Below, one piece after another: positions 13,401 through 28,500 of a stretch of DNA of 64,000 bases. Position numbers and translations under genes: made by a program. Numbering within the stretch: the first letter of the stretch is position 1; each line of letters begins with the position of its first letter. Source of the DNA: the human T2T-CHM13v2.0 reference genome, Homo sapiens; assembly GCF_009914755.1 (NCBI RefSeq), contig NC_060943.1; one strand, 5' to 3'. The notes below the pieces were generated by a model. It did not search any database and had not been told where the DNA came from. It saw only the letters and a program-made list of their open reading frames with translations.

Positions 13401-16400
13401 TTAACTTTTCTTTTCATAGAGCAGTTGGGAAACACTCTGTTTGTAAAGTCTGCAAGTGGATATTCAGACATCCTTGAGGCTTTCGTTGGAAACGGGATTT
13501 CTTCATATTCTGCTAGAAAGAAGAATTCTCAGTAACTTCCTTGTGTTGTGTGTATTCAACTCACAGAGTTGAACGATCCTTTACACAGAGCAGACTTGAA
13601 ACACTCTTTTTGTGGAATTTGCAAGTGGAGATTTCAGCCGCTTTGAGTTCAATGGTAGAATAGGAAATATCTTCCTATAGAAACTAGACAGAATGATTCT
13701 CAGAAACTCCTTTGTGATGTGTGCGTTCAACTCACAGAGTTCAACCTTTCTTTTCATAGAGCAGTTGGGAAACACTCTGTTTGTAAAGTCTGCAAGTGGA
13801 TATTCAGACTTCTTTGAGGCCTTCGTTGGAAGCGGGATTTCTTCATGTTCTGCTAGACAGAAGAATTCTCAGAAACTTCCTTGTGTTGTGTGTTTTCAAC
13901 TCACAGAGTTGAACGATCCTTTACACAGAGCAGACTTGAAACACTCCTTTTGTGGAATTTGCAAGTGGAGATTTCAGCCGCTTTGAGGTCAATGGTAGAA
14001 TAGGAAATATCTTCCTATAGAAAGTAGACAGAATGATTCTCAGAAACTCCTTTGTGACGTGTGCGTTCAACTCACAGAGTTTAACCTTTCTTTTCATAGA
14101 GCAGTTAGGAAACACTCTGTTTGTAAAGTCTGCAAGTGGATATTCAGACCTCCTTGAGGCCTTCGTTGGAAACGGGATTTCTTCATATTATGCTAGACAG
14201 AAGAATTCTCAGTAACTTCCTTGTGTTGTGTGTATTCAACTCACAGAGTTGAACGATCCTTTACACAGAGCAGACTTGAAACACTCTTTTTGTGGAATTT
14301 GCAAGTGGAGATTTCAGCCGCTGTGAGTTCAATGGTAGAATAGGAAATATCTTCCTATAGAAACTAGACAGAATGATTCTCAGAAACTCCTTTGTGATGT
14401 GTGCATTCAACCCACAGAGTTCAACCTTTCTTTTCATAGAGCAGTTGGGAAACACTCTGTTTGTAAAGTCTGCAAGTGGATATTCAGACTTCTTTGAGGC
14501 CTTCGTTGGAAGCGGGATTTCTTCATATTCTGCTAGACAGAAGAATTCTCAGTAACTGCCTTGTGTTGTGTGTATTCAACTCACAGAGTTGAACGATCCT
14601 TTACACAGAGCAGACTTGAAACACTCTTTTTGTGGAATTTGCAAGTGGAGATTTCAGCCGCTTTGAGGTAAATGGTAGAATAGGAAATATCTTCCTATAG
14701 AAACTAGACAGAATGATTCTCAGAAACTCCTTTGTGATGTGTGCGTTCAACTCACAGAGTTTAACCTTTCTTTTCATAGAGCAGTTAGGAAACACTCTGT
14801 TTGTAAAGTCTGCAAGTGGATATTCAGACATCCTTGAGGCTTTCGTTGGAAACGGGATTTCTTCATATTCTGCTAGAAAGAAGAATTCTCAGTAACTTCC
14901 TTGTGTTGTGTGTTTTCAACTCACAGAGTTGAACGATCCTTTACACAGAGCAGACTTGAAACACTCCTTTTGTGGAATTTGCAAGTGGAGATTTCAGCCG
15001 CTTTGAGGTCAATGGTAGAATAGGAAATATCTTCCTATAGAAACTAGACAGAATGATTCTCAGAAACTCCTTTGTGATGTGTGCGTTCAACTCACAGAGT
15101 TTAACCTTTCTTTTCATAGAGCAGTTAGGAAACACTCTGTTTGTAAAGTCTGCAAGTGGATATTCAGACCTCCTTGAGGCCTTCGTTGGAAACGGGATTT
15201 CTTCATATTATGCTAGACAGAAGAATTCTCAGTAACTTCCTTGTGTTGTGTGTATTCAACTCACAGAGTTGAACGATCCTTTACACAGAGCAGACTTGAA
15301 ACACTCTTTTTGTGGAATTTGCAAGTGGAGATTTCAGCCGCTTTGAGGTCAATGGTAGAATAGGAAATATCTTCCTATAGAAACTAGACAGAATGATTCT
15401 CAGAAACTCCTTTGTGATGTGTGCGTTCAACTCACAGAGTTCAACCTTTCTTTTCATAGAGCAGTTGGGAAACACTCTGTTTGTAAAGTCTGCAAGTGGA
15501 TATTCAGACTTCTTTGAGGCCTTCGTTGGAAGCGGGATTTCTTCATGTTCTGCTAGACAGAAGAATTCTCAGAAACTTCCTTGTGTTGTGTGTTTTCAAC
15601 TCACAGAGTTGAACGATCCTTTACACAGAGCAGACTTGAAACACTCCTTTTGTGGAATTTGCAAGTGGAGATTTCAGCCGCTTTGAGGTCAATGGTAGAA
15701 TAGGAAATATCTTCCTATAGAAAGTAGACAGAATGATTCTCAGAAACTCCTTTGTGATGTGTGCGTTCAACTCACAGAGTTTAACCTTTCTTTTCATAGA
15801 GCAGTTAGGAAACACTCTGTTTGTAAAGTCTGCAAGTGGATATTCAGACCTCCTTGAGGCCTTCGTTGGAAACGGGATTTCTTCATATTATGCTAGACAG
15901 AAGAATTCTCAGTAACTTCCTTGTGTTGTGTGTATTCAACTCACAGAGTTGAACGATCCTTTACACAGAGCAGACTTGAAAAACTCTTTTTGTGGAATTT
16001 GCAAGTGGAGATTTCAGCCGCTTTGAGGTCAATGGTAAAATAGGAAATATCTTCCTATAGAAACTAGACAGAATGATTCTCAGAAACTCCTTTGTGATGT
16101 GTGCGTTCAACTCACAGAGTTTAACCTTTCTTTTCATAGAGCAGTTAGGAAACACTCTGATTGTAAAGTCTGCAAGTGGATATTCAGACCTCCTTGAGGC
16201 CTTCGTTGGAAACGGGATTTCTTCATATTATGCTAGATAGAAGAATTCTCAGTAACTTCCTTGTGTTGTGTGTATTCAACTCACAGAGTTGAACGATCCT
16301 TTACACAGAGCAGACTTGAAACACTCTTTTTGTGGAATTTGCAAGTGGAGATTTCAGCCGCTTTGAGTTCAATGGTAGAATAGGAAATATCTTCCTATAG

Positions 16401-19400
16401 AAACTAGACAGAATGATTCTCAGAAACTCCTTTGTGATGTGTGCGTTCAACTCACAGAGTTCAACCTTTCTTTTCATAGAGCAGTTGGGAAACACTCTGT
16501 TTGTAAAGTCTGCAAGTGGATATTCAGACTTCTTTGAGGCCTTCGTTGGAAGCGGGATTTCTTCATATTCTGCTAGACAGAAGAATTCTCAGTAACTGCC
16601 TTGTGTTGTGTGTATTCAACTCACAGAGTTGAACGATCCTTTACACAGAGCAGACCTGAAACACTCTTTTTGTGGAATTTGCAAGTGGAGATTTCAGCCG
16701 CTTTGAGGTCAATGGTAGAATAGGAAATATCTTCCTATAGAAACTAGACAGAATGATTCTCAGAAACTCCTTTGTGATGTGTGCGTTCAACTCACAGAGT
16801 TTACCCTTTCTTTTCATAGAGCAGTTAGGAAACACTCTGTTTGTAAAGTCTGCAAGTGGATATTCAGACATCCTTGAGGCTTTCGTTGGAAACGGGATTT
16901 CTTCATATTCTGCCAGAAAGAAGAATTCTCAGTAACTTCCTTGTGTTGTGTGTATTCAACTCACAGAGTTGAACGATCCTTTACACAGAGCAGACTTGAA
17001 ACACTCTTTTTGTAGAATTTGCAAGTGGAGATTTCAGCCGCTTTGAGGTCAATGGTAGAATAGGAAATATCTTCCTATAGAAACTAGACAGAATGATTCT
17101 CAGAAACTCCTTTGTGATGTGTGCGTTCAACTCACAGAGTTCAACCTTTCTTTTCATAGAGCAGTTGGGAAACACTCTGTTTGTAAAGTCTGCAAGTGGA
17201 TATTCAGACTTCTTTGAGGCCTTCGTTGGAAGCGGGATTTCTTCATATTCTGCTAGACAGAAGAATTCTCAGTAACTGCCTTGTGTTGTGTGTATTCAAC
17301 TCACAGAGTTGAACGATCCTTTACACAGAGCAGACTTGAAATACTCTTTTTGTGGAATTTGCAAGTGGAGATTTCAGCCGCTTTGAGGTCAATGGTAGAA
17401 TAGGAAATATCTTCCTATAGAAACTAGACAGAATGATTCTCAGAAACTCCTTTGTGATGTGTGCGTTCAACTCACAGAGTTTAACCTTTCTTTTCATAGA
17501 GCAGTTAGGAAACACTCTGTTTGTAAAGTCTGCAAGTGGATATTCAGACCTCCTTGAGGCCTTCGTTGGAAACGGGATTTCTTCATATTATGCTAGACAG
17601 AAGAATTCTCAGTAACTTCCTTGTGTTGTGTGTATTCAACTCACAGAGTTGAACGATCCTTTACACAGAGCAGACTTGAAACACTCTTTTTGTGGAATTT
17701 GCAAGTGGAGATTTCAGCCGCTTTGAGGTCAATGGTAGAATAGGAAATATCTTCCTATAGAAACTAGACAGAATGATTCTCAGAAACTCCTTTGTGATGT
17801 GTGCGTTCAACTCACAGAGTTCAACCTTTCTTTTCATAGAGCAGTTGGGAAACACTCTGTTTGTAAAGTCTGCAAGTGGATATTCAGACTTCTTTGAGGC
17901 CTTCGTTGGAAGCGGGATTTCTTCATATTCTGCTAGACAGAAGAATTCTCAGTAACTGCCTTGTGTTGTGTGTATTCAACTCACAGAGTTGAACGATGCT
18001 TTACACAGAGCAGACTTGAAACACTCTTTTTGTGGAATTTGCAAGTGGAGATTTCAGCCGCTGTGAGGTCAATGGTAGAATAGGAAATATCTTCCTATAG
18101 AAACTAGACAGAATGATTCTCAGAAACTCCTTTGTGATGTGTGCGTTCAACTCAGAGAGTTTAACCTTTCTTTTCATAGAGCAGTTGGGAAACACTCTGT
18201 AAAGTCTGCAAGTGGATATTCAGACATCCTTGAGGCTTTCGTTGGAAACGGGATTTCTTCATATTCTGCTAGAAAGAAGAATTCTCAGTAACTTCCTTGT
18301 GTTGTGTGTATTCAACTCACAGAGTTGAACGATCCTTTACACAGAGCAGACTTGAAACACTCTTTTTGTGGAATTTGCAAGTGGAGATTTCAGCCGCTTT
18401 GAGTTCAATGGTAGAATAGGAAATATCTTCCTATAGAAACTAGACAGAATGATTCTCAGAAACTCCTTTGTGATGTGTGCGTTCAACTCACAGAGTTCAA
18501 CCTTTCTTTTCATAGAGCAGTTGGGAAACACTCTGTTTGTAAAGTCTGCAAGTGGATATTCAGACTTCTTTGAGGCCTTCGTTGGAAGCGGGATTTCTTC
18601 ATATTCTGCTAGACAGAAGAATTCTCAGAAACTTCCTTGTGTTGTGTGTTTTCAACTCACAGAGTTGAACGATCCTTTACACAGAGCAGACTTGAAACAC
18701 TCCTTTTGTGGAATTTGCAAGTGGAGATTTCAGCCGCTTTGAGGTCAATGGTAGAATAGGAAATATCTTCCTATAGAAACTAGACAGAATGATTCTCAGA
18801 AACTCCTTTGTGATGTGTGCGTTCAACTCACAGAGTTTAACCTTTCTTTTCATAGAGCAGTTAGGAAACACTCTGATTGTAAAGTCTGCAAGTGGATATT
18901 CAGACCTCCTTGAGGCCTTCGTTGGAAACGGGATTTCTTCATATTATGCTAGACAGAAGAATTCTCAGTAACTTCCTTGTGTTGTGTGTATTCAACTCAC
19001 AGAGTTGAACGATCCTTTACACAGAGCAGACTTGAAACACTCTTTTTGTGGAATTTGCAAGTGGAGATTTCAGCCGCTTTGAGTTCAATGGTAGAATAGG
19101 AAATATCTTCCTATAGAAACTAGACAGAATGATTCTCAGAAACTCCTTTGTGATGTGTGCGTTCAACTCACAGAGTTCAACCTTTCTTTTCATAGAGCAG
19201 TTGGGAAACACTCTGTTTGTAAAGTCTGCAAGTGGATATTCAGACTTCTTTGAGGCCTTCGTTGGAAGCGGGATTTCTTCATATTCTGCTAGACAGAAGA
19301 ATTCTCAGTAACTGCCTTGTGTTGTGTGTATTCAACTCACAGAGTTGAACGATCCTTTACACAGAGCAGACCTGAAACACTCTTTTTGTGGAATTTGCAA

Positions 19401-22400
19401 GTGGAGATTTCAGCCGCTTTGAGGTCAATGGTAGAATAGGAAATATCTTCCTATAGAAACTAGACAGAATGATTCTCAGAAACTCCTTTGTGATGTGTGC
19501 GTTCAACTCACAGAGTTTACCCTTTCTTTTCATAGAGCAGTTAGGAAACACTCTGTTTGTAAAGTCTGCAAGTGGATATTCAGACATCCTTGAGGCTTTC
19601 GTTGGAAACGGGATTTCTTCATATTCTGCCAGAAAGAAGAATTCTCAGTAACTTCCTTGTGTTGTGTGTATTCAACTCACAGAGTTGAACGATCCTTTAC
19701 ACAGAGCAGACTTGAAACACTCTTTTTGTAGAATTTGCAAGTGGAGATTTCAGCCGCTTTGAGGTCAATGGTAGAATAGGAAATATCTTCCTATAGAAAC
19801 TAGACAGAATGATTCTCAGAAACTCCTTTGTGATGTGTGCGTTCAACTCACAGAGTTCAACCTTTCTTTTCATAGAGCAGTTGGAAACACTCTGTTTGTA
19901 AAGTCTGCAAGTGGATATTCAGACTTCTTTGAGGCCTTCGTTGGAAGCGGGATTTCTTCATATTCTGCTAGACAGAAGAATTCTCAGTAACTGCCTTGTG
20001 TTGTGTGTATTCAACTCACAGAGTTGAACGATCCTTTACACAGAGCAGACTTGAAATACTCTTTTTGTGGAATTTGCAAGTGGAGATTTCAGCCGCTTTG
20101 AGGTCAATGGTAGAATAGGAAATATCTTCCTATAGAAACTAGACAGAATGATTCTCAGAAACTCCTTTGTGATGTGTGCGTTCAACTCACAGAGTTTAAC
20201 CTTTCTTTTCATAGAGCAGTTAGGAAACACTCTGTTTGTAAAGTCTGCAAGTGGATATTCAGACCTCCTTGAGGCCTTCGTTGGAAACGGGATTTCTTCA
20301 TATTATGCTAGACAGAAGAATTCTCAGTAACTTCCTTGTGTTGTGTGTATTCAACTCACAGAGTTGAACGATCCTTTACACAGAGCAGACTTGAAACACT
20401 CTTTTTGTGGAATTTGCAAGTGGAGATTTCAGCCGCTTTGAGGTCAATGGTAGAATAGGAAATATCTTCCTATAGAAACTAGACAGAATGATTCTCAGAA
20501 ACTCCTTTGTGATGTGTGCGTTCAACTCACAGAGTTCAACCTTTCTTTTCATAGAGCAGTTGGGAAACACTCTGTTTGTAAAGTCTGCAAGTGGATATTC
20601 AGACTTCTTTGAGGCCTTCGTTGGAAGCGGGATTTCTTCATATTCTGCTAGACAGAAGAATTCTCAGTAACTGCCTTGTGTTGTGTGTATTCAACTCACA
20701 GAGTTGAACGATGCTTTACACAGAGCAGACTTGAAACACTCTTTTTGTGGAATTTGCAAGTGGAGATTTCAGCCGCTGTGAGGTCAATGGTAGAATAGGA
20801 AATATCTTCCTATAGAAACTAGACAGAATGATTCTCAGAAACTCCTTTGTGATGTGTGCGTTCAACTCACAGAGTTTAACCTTTCTTTTCATAGAGCAGT
20901 TGGGAAACACTCTGTAAAGTCTGCAAGTGGATATTCAGACATCCTTGAGGCTTTCGTTGGAAACGGGATTTCTTCATATTCTGCTAGAAAGAAGAATTCT
21001 CAGGAACTTCCTTGTGTTGTGTGTATTCAACTCACAGAGTTGAACGATCCTTTACACAGAGCAGACTTGAAACACTCTTTTTGTGGAATTTGCAAGTGGA
21101 GATTTCAGCCGCTTTGAGTTCAATGGTAGAATAGGAAATATCTTCCTATAGAAACTAGACAGAATGATTCTCAGAAACTCCTTTGTGATGTGTGCGTTCA
21201 ACTCACAGAGTTCAACCTTTCTTTTCATAGAGCAGTTGGGAAACACTCTGTTTGTAAAGTCTGCAAGTGGATATTCAGACTTCTTTGAGGCCTTCGTTGG
21301 AAGCGGGATTTCTTCATATTCTGCTAGACAGAAGAATTCTCAGAAACTTCCTTGTGTTGTGTGTTTTCAACTCACAGAGTTGAACGATCCTTTACACAGA
21401 GCAGACTTGAAACACTCCTTTTGTGGAATTTGCAAGTGGAGATTTCAGCCGCTTTGAGGTCAATGGTAGAATAGGAAATATCTTCCTATAGAAAGTAGAC
21501 AGAATGATTCTCAGAAACTCCTTTGTGATGTGTGCGTTCAACTCACAGAGTTTAACCTTTCTTTGCATAGAGCAGTTAGGAAACACTCTGTTTGTAAAGT
21601 CTGCAAGTGGATATTCAGACCTCCTTGAGGCCTTCGTTGGAAACGGGATTTCTTCATATTATGCTAGACAGAAGAATTCTCAGTAACTTCCTTGTGTTGT
21701 GTGTATTCAACTCACAGAATTGAACGATCCTTTACACAGAGCAGACTTGAAACACTCTTTTTGTGGAATTTGCAAGTGGAGATTTCAGCCGCTTTGAGTT
21801 CAATGGTAGAATAGGAAATATCTTCCTATAGAAACTAGACAGAATGATTCTCAGAAACTCCTTTGTGATGTGTGCGTTCAACTCACAGAGTTCAACCTTT
21901 CTTTTCATAGAGCAGTTGGGAAACACTCTGTTTGTAAAGTCTGCAAGTGGATATTCAGACTTCTTTGAGGCCTTCGTTGGAAGCGGGATTTCTTCATATT
22001 CTGCTAGACAGAAGAATTCTCAGTAACTTCCTTGTGTTGTGTGTATTCAACTCACAGAGTTGAACGATCCTTTACACAGAGCAGACTTGAAACACTCTTT
22101 TTGTGGAATTTGCAAGTGGAGATTTCAGCCGCTTTGAGGTCAATGGTAGAATAGGAAATATCTTCCTATAGAAACTAGACAGAATGATTCTCAGAAACTC
22201 CTTTGTGATGTGTGCGTTCAACTCACAGAGTTTAACCTTTCTTTTCATAGAGCAGTTAGGAAACACTCTGTTTGTAAAGTCTGCAAGTGGATATTCAGAC
22301 ATCCTTGAGGCTTTCGTTGGAAACGGGATTTCTTCATATTCTGCTAGAAAGAAGAATTCTCAGTAACTTCCTTGTGTTGTGTGTATTCAACTCACAGAGT

Positions 22401-25400
22401 TGAACGATCCTTTACACAGAGCAGACTTGAAACACTCCTTTTGTGGAATTTGCAAGTGGAGATTTCAGCCGCTTTGAGGTCAATGGTAGAATAGGAAATA
22501 TCTTCCTATAGAAACTAGACAGAATGATTCTCAGAAACTCCTTTGTGATGTGTGCGTTCAACTCACAGAGTTTAACCTTTCTTTTCATAGAGCAGTTAGG
22601 AAACACTCTGTTTGTAAAGTCTGCAAGTGGATATTCAGACATCCTTGAGGCTTTCGTTGGAAACGGGATTTCTTCATATTCTGCTAGAAAGAAGAATTCT
22701 CAGTAACTTCCTTGTGTTGTGTGTATTCAACTCACAGAGTTGCACGATCCTTTACACAGAGGAGACTTGAAACACTCTTTTTGTGGAATTTGCAAGTGGA
22801 GATTTCAGCCGCTTTGAGGTCAATGGTAGAATAGGAAATATCTTCCTATAGAAACTAGACAGAATGATTCTCAGAAACTTCTTTGTGATGTGTGCGTTCA
22901 ACTCACAGAGTTTAACCTTTCTTTTCATAGAGCAGTTAGGAAACACTCTGTTTGTAAAGTCTGCAAGTGGATATTCAGTCCTCCTTGAGGCCTTCGTTGG
23001 AAGCGGGATTTCTTCATGTTCTGCTAGACAGAAGAATTCTCAGAAACTTCCTTGTGTTGTGTGTTTTCAACTCACAGAGTTGAACGATCCTTTACACAGA
23101 GCAGACTTGAAACACTCCTTTTGTGGAATTTGCAAGTGGAGATTTCAGCCGCTTTGAGGTCAATGGTAGAATAGGAAATATCTTCCTATAGAAACTAGAC
23201 AGAATGATTCTGAGAAATCCTTTGTGAGGTGTGCGTACAACTCACAGAGTTTAACCTTTCTTTTCATAGAGCAGTTAGGAAACACTCTGTTTGTAAAGTC
23301 TGCAAGTGGATATTCAGACCTCCTTGAGGCCTTCGTTGGAAACGGGATTTCTTCATATTATGCTAGACAGAGGAATTCTCAGGAACTTCCTTGTGTTGTG
23401 TGTATTCAACTCACAGAGTTGAACGATCCTTTACACAGAGCAGACTTGAAACACTCTTTTGGTGGAATTTGCAAGGGGAGATTTCAGCCGCTTTGAGTTC
23501 AATGGTAGAATAGGAAATATCTTCCTATAGAAACTACACAGAATGATTCTCAGAAACTGCTTTGTGATGTGTGCGTTCAACTCACAGAGTTCAACCTTTC
23601 TTTTCATAGAGCAGTTGGGAAACACTCTGTTTGTAAAGTCTGCAAGTGGATATTCAGACTTCTTTGAGGCCTTCGTTGGAAGCGGGATTTCTTCATGTTC
23701 TGCTAGACAGAAGAATTCTCAGAAACTTCCTTGTGTTGTGTGTTTTCAACTCACAGAGTTGAACGATCCTTTACACAGAGCAGACTTGAAACACTCTTTT
23801 TGTGGAATTTGCAAGTGGAGATTTCAGCCGCTGTGAGGTCAATGGTAGAATAGGAAATATCTTCCTATAGAAACTAGACAGAATGATTCTCAGAAACTCC
23901 TTTGTGATGTGTGCGTTCAACTCACAGAGTTTAACTTTTCTTTTCATAGAGCAGTTGGGAAACACTCTGTTTGTAAAGTCTGCAAGTGGATATTCAGACA
24001 TCCTTGAGGCTTTCGTTGGAAACGGGATTTCTTCATATTCTGCTAGAAAGAAGAATTCTCAGTAACTTCCTTGTGTTGTGTGTATTCAACTCACAGAGTT
24101 GAACGATCCTTTACACAGAGCAGACTTGAAACACTCTTTTTGTGGAATTTGCAAGTGGAGATTTCAGCCGCTTTGAGTTCAATGGTAGAATAGGAAATAT
24201 CTTCCTATAGAAACTAGACAGAATGATTCTCAGAAACTCCTTTGTGATGTGTGCGTTCAACTCACAGAGTTCAACCTTTCTTTTCATAGAGCAGTTGGGA
24301 AACACTCTGTTTGTAAAGTCTGCAAGTGGATATTCAGACTTCTTTGAGGCCTTCGTTGGAAGCGGGATTTCTTCATGTTCTGCTAGACAGAAGAATTCTC
24401 AGAAACTTCCTTGTGTTGTGTGTTTTCAACTCACAGAGTTGAACGATCCTTTACACAGAGCAGACTTGAAACACTCCTTTTGTGGAATTTGCAAGTGGAG
24501 ATTTCAGCCGCTTTGAGGTCAATGGTAGAATAGGAAATATCTTCCTATAGAAAGTAGACAGAATGATTCTCAGAAACTCCTTTGTGACGTGTGCGTTCAA
24601 CTCACAGAGTTTAACCTTTCTTTTCATAGAGCAGTTAGGAAACACTCTGTTTGTAAAGTCTGCAAGTGGATATTCAGACCTCCTTGAGGCCTTCGTTGGA
24701 AACGGGATTTCTTCATATTATGCTAGACAGAAGAATTCTCAGTAACTTCCTTGTGTTGTGTGTATTCAACTCACAGAGTTGAACGATCCTTTACACAGAG
24801 CAGACTTGAAACACTCTTTTTGTGGAATTTGCAAGTGGAGATTTCAGCCGCTGTGAGTTCAATGGTAGAATAGGAAATATCTTCCTATAGAAACTAGACA
24901 GAATGATTCTCAGAAACTCCTTTGTGATGTGTGCATTCAACCCACAGAGTTCAACCTTTCTTTTCATAGAGCAGTTGGGAAACACTCTGTTTGTAAAGTC
25001 TGCAAGTGGATATTCAGACTTCTTTGAGGCCTTCGTTGGAAGCGGGATTTCTTCATATTCTGCTAGACAGAAGAATTCTCAGTAACTGCCTTGTGTTGTG
25101 TGTATTCAACTCACAGAGTTGAACGATCCTTTACACAGAGCAGACTTGAAACACTCTTTTTGTGGAATTTGCAAGTGGAGATTTCAGCCGCTTTGAGGTA
25201 AATGGTAGAATAGGAAATATCTTCCTATAGAAACTAGACAGAATGATTCTCAGAAACTCCTTTGTGATGTGTGCGTTCAACTCACAGAGTTTAACCTTTC
25301 TTTTCATAGAGCAGTTAGGAAACACTCTGTTTGTAAAGTCTGCAAGTGGATATTCAGACATCCTTGAGGCTTTCGTTGGAAACGGGATTTCTTCATATTC

Positions 25401-25590
25401 TGCTAGAAAGAAGAATTCTCAGTAACTTCCTTGTGTTGTGTGTTTTCAACTCACAGAGTTGAACGATCCTTTACACAGAGCAGACTTGAAACACTCCTTT
25501 TGTGGAATTTGCAAGTGGAGATTTCAGCCGCTTTGAGGTCAATGGTAGAATAGGAAATATCTTCCTATAGAAACTAGACAGAATGATTCT
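4438..25590 (+). repeat. Tandem duplication of a 10,530-bp unit (31 dimers)
   Basis: Rare markers recur at offset 10,530: GGTAAAA 5508/16038; 4-bp deletions 7670/18200 and 10385/20915; G deletion 9353/19883; TTTGCAT 11035/21565; GCATTCAACCC 14405/24935; GAGGTA 14670/25200. 31x340-10=10,530. Confidence 0.93.
5509..10964 (+). repeat. Nested tandem duplication of an 8-dimer unit (2,716 bp), repeated at about 16039-21494
   Basis: The ordered markers CTGATTG, GACCTG, TTACCC, TGCCAG, TGTAGAA, AATACT, GATGCT and the 4-bp deletion recur at offset 2,716/2,715 (dimers 5543..7919 vs 8259..10634). Confidence 0.88.
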
Positions 25591-28500
25591 GAGAAATCCT
25601 TTGTGATGTGTGCGTACAACTCACAGAGTTTAACCTTTCTTTTCATAGAGCAGTTAGGAAACACTCTGTTTGTAAAGTCTGCAAGTGGATATTCAGACCT
25701 CCTTGAGGCCTTCGTTGGAAACGGGATTTCTTCATATTATGCTAGACAGAGGAATTCTCAGGAACTTCCTTGTGTTGTGTGTATTCAACTCACAGAGTTG
25801 AACGATCCTTTACACAGAGCAGACTTGAAACACTCTTTTGGTGGAATTTGCAAGTGGAGATTTCAGCCGCTTTGAGTTCAATGGTAGAATAGGAAATATC
25901 TTCCTATAGAAACTACACAGAATGATTCTCAGAAACTGCTTTGTGATGTGTGCGTTCAACTCACAGAGTTCAACCTTTCTTTTCATAGAGCAGTTGGGAA
26001 ACACTCTGTTTGTAAAGTCTGCAAGTGGATATTCAGACTTCTTTGAGGCCTTCGTTGGAAGCGGGATTTCTTCATGTTCTGCTAGACAGAAGAATTCTCA
26101 GAAACTTCCTTGTGTTGTGTGTTTTCAACTCACAGATTTGAACGATCCTTTACACAGAGCAGACTTGAAACACTCTTTTTGTGGAATTTGCAAGTGGAGA
26201 TTTCAGCCGCTGTGAGGTCAATGGTAGAATAGGAAATATCTTCCTATAGAAACTAGACAGAATGATTCTCAGAAACTCCTTTGTGATGTGTGCGTTCAAC
26301 TCACAGAGTTTAACCTTTCTTTTCATAGAGCAGTTGGGAAACACTCTGTTTGTAAAGTCTGCAAGTGGATATTCAGACATCCTTGAGGCTTTCGTTGGAA
26401 ACGGGATTTCTTCATATTCTGCTAGAAAGAAGAATTCTCAGTAACTTCCTTGTGTTGTGTGTATTCAACTCACAGAGTTGAACGATCCTTTACACAGAGC
26501 AGACTTGAAACACTCTTTTTGTGGAATTTGCAAGTGGAGATTTCAGCCGCTTTGAGTTCAATGGTAGAATAGGAAATATCTTCCTATAGAAACTAGACAG
26601 AATGATTCTCAGAAACTCCTTTGTGATGTGTGCGTTCAACTCACAGAGTTCAACCTTTCTTTTCATAGAGCAGTTGGGAAACACTCTGTTTGTAAAGTCT
26701 GCAAGTGGATATTCAGACTTCTTTGAGGCCTTCGTTGGAAGCGGGATTTCTTCATGTTCTGCTAGACAGAAGAATTCTCAGAAACTTCCTTGTGTTGTGT
26801 GTTTTCAACTCACAGAGTTGAACGATCCTTTACACAGAGCAGACTTGAAACACTCCTTTTGTGGAATTTGCAAGTGGAGATTTCAGCCGCTTTGAGGTCA
26901 ATGGTAGAATAGGAAATATCTTCCTATAGAAAGTAGACAGAATGATTCTCAGAAACTCCTTTGTGATGTGTGCGTTCAACTCACAGAGTTTAACCTTTCT
27001 TTTCATAGAGCAGTTAGGAAACACTCTGTTTGTAAAGTCTGCAAGTGGATATTCAGACCTCCTTGAGGCCTTCGTTGGAAACGGGATTTCTTCATATTAT
27101 GCTAGACAGAAGAATTCTCAGTAACTTCCTTGTGTTGTGTGTATTCAACTCACAGAGTTGAACGATCCTTTACACAGAGCAGACTTGAAACACTCTTTTT
27201 GTGGAATTTGCAAGTGGAGATTTCAGCCGCTGTGAGTTCAATGGTAGAATAGGAAATATCTTCCTATAGAAACTAGACAGAATGATTCTCAGAAACTCCT
27301 TTGTGATGTGTGCGTTCAACTCACAGAGTTCAACCTTTCTTTTCATAGAGCAGTTGGGAAACACTCTGTTTGTAAAGTCTGCAAGTGGATATTCAGACTT
27401 CTTTGAGGCCTTCGTTGGAAGCGGGATTTCTTCATATTCTGCTAGACAGAAGAATTCTCAGTAACTGCCTTGTGTTGTGTGTATTCAACTCACAGAGTTG
27501 AACGATCCTTTACACAGAGCAGACTTGAAACACTCTTTTTGTGGAATTTGCAAGTGGAGATTTCAGCCGCTTTGAGGTCAATGGTAGAATAGGAAATATC
27601 TTCCTATAGAAACTAGACAGAATGATTCTCAGAAACTCCTTTGTGATGTGTGCGTTCAACTCACAGAGTTTAACCTTTCTTTTCATAGAGCAGTTAGGAA
27701 ACACTCTGATTGTAAAGTCTGCAAGTGGATATTCAGACCTCCTTGAGGCCTTCGTTGGAAACGGGATTTCTTCATATTATGCTAGACAGAAGAATTCTCA
27801 GTAACTTCCTTGTGTTGTGTGTATTCAACTCACAGAGTTGAACGATCCTTTACACAGAGCAGACTTGAAACACTCTTTTTGTGGAATTTGCAAGTGGAGA
27901 TTTCAGCCGCTTTGAGTTCAATGGTAGAGTAGGAAATATCTTCCTATAGAAACTAGAGAGAATGATTCTCAGAAACTCCTTTGTGATGTGTGCGTTCAAC
28001 TCACAGAGTTCAACCTTTCTTTTCATAGAGCAGTTGGAAACACTCTGTTTGTAAAGTCTGCAAGTGGATATTCAGACTTCTTTGAGGCCTTCGTTGGAAG
28101 CGGGATTTCTTCATATTCTGCTAGACAGAAGAATTCTCAGTAACTGCCTTGTGTTGTGTGTATTCAACTCACAGAGTTGAACGATCCTTTACACAGAGCA
28201 GACCTGAAACACTCTTTTTGTGGAATTTGCAAGTGGAGATTTCAGCCGCTTTGAGGTCAATGGTACAATAGGAAATATCTTCCTATAGAAACTAGACAGA
28301 ATGATTCTCAGAAACTCCTTTGTGATGTGTGCGTTCAACTCACAGAGTTTACCCTTTCTTTTCATAGAGCAGTTAGGAAACACTCTGTTTGTAAAGTCTG
28401 CAAGTGGATATTCAGACATCCTTGAGGCTTTCGTTGGAAACGGGATTTCTTCATATTCTGCCAGAAAGAAGAATTCTCAGTAACTTCCTTGTGTTGTGTG

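Noticed and set aside
23204-27960. Apparent 2,379-bp tandem duplication (X at 23204 and 25583)
   Set aside because: The second block lacks the private alleles of the first (GAGGTG, AAGGGG, AACTTTT, GACGT, CCCAC). It is a junction to an older paralogous copy, not a recent duplication.
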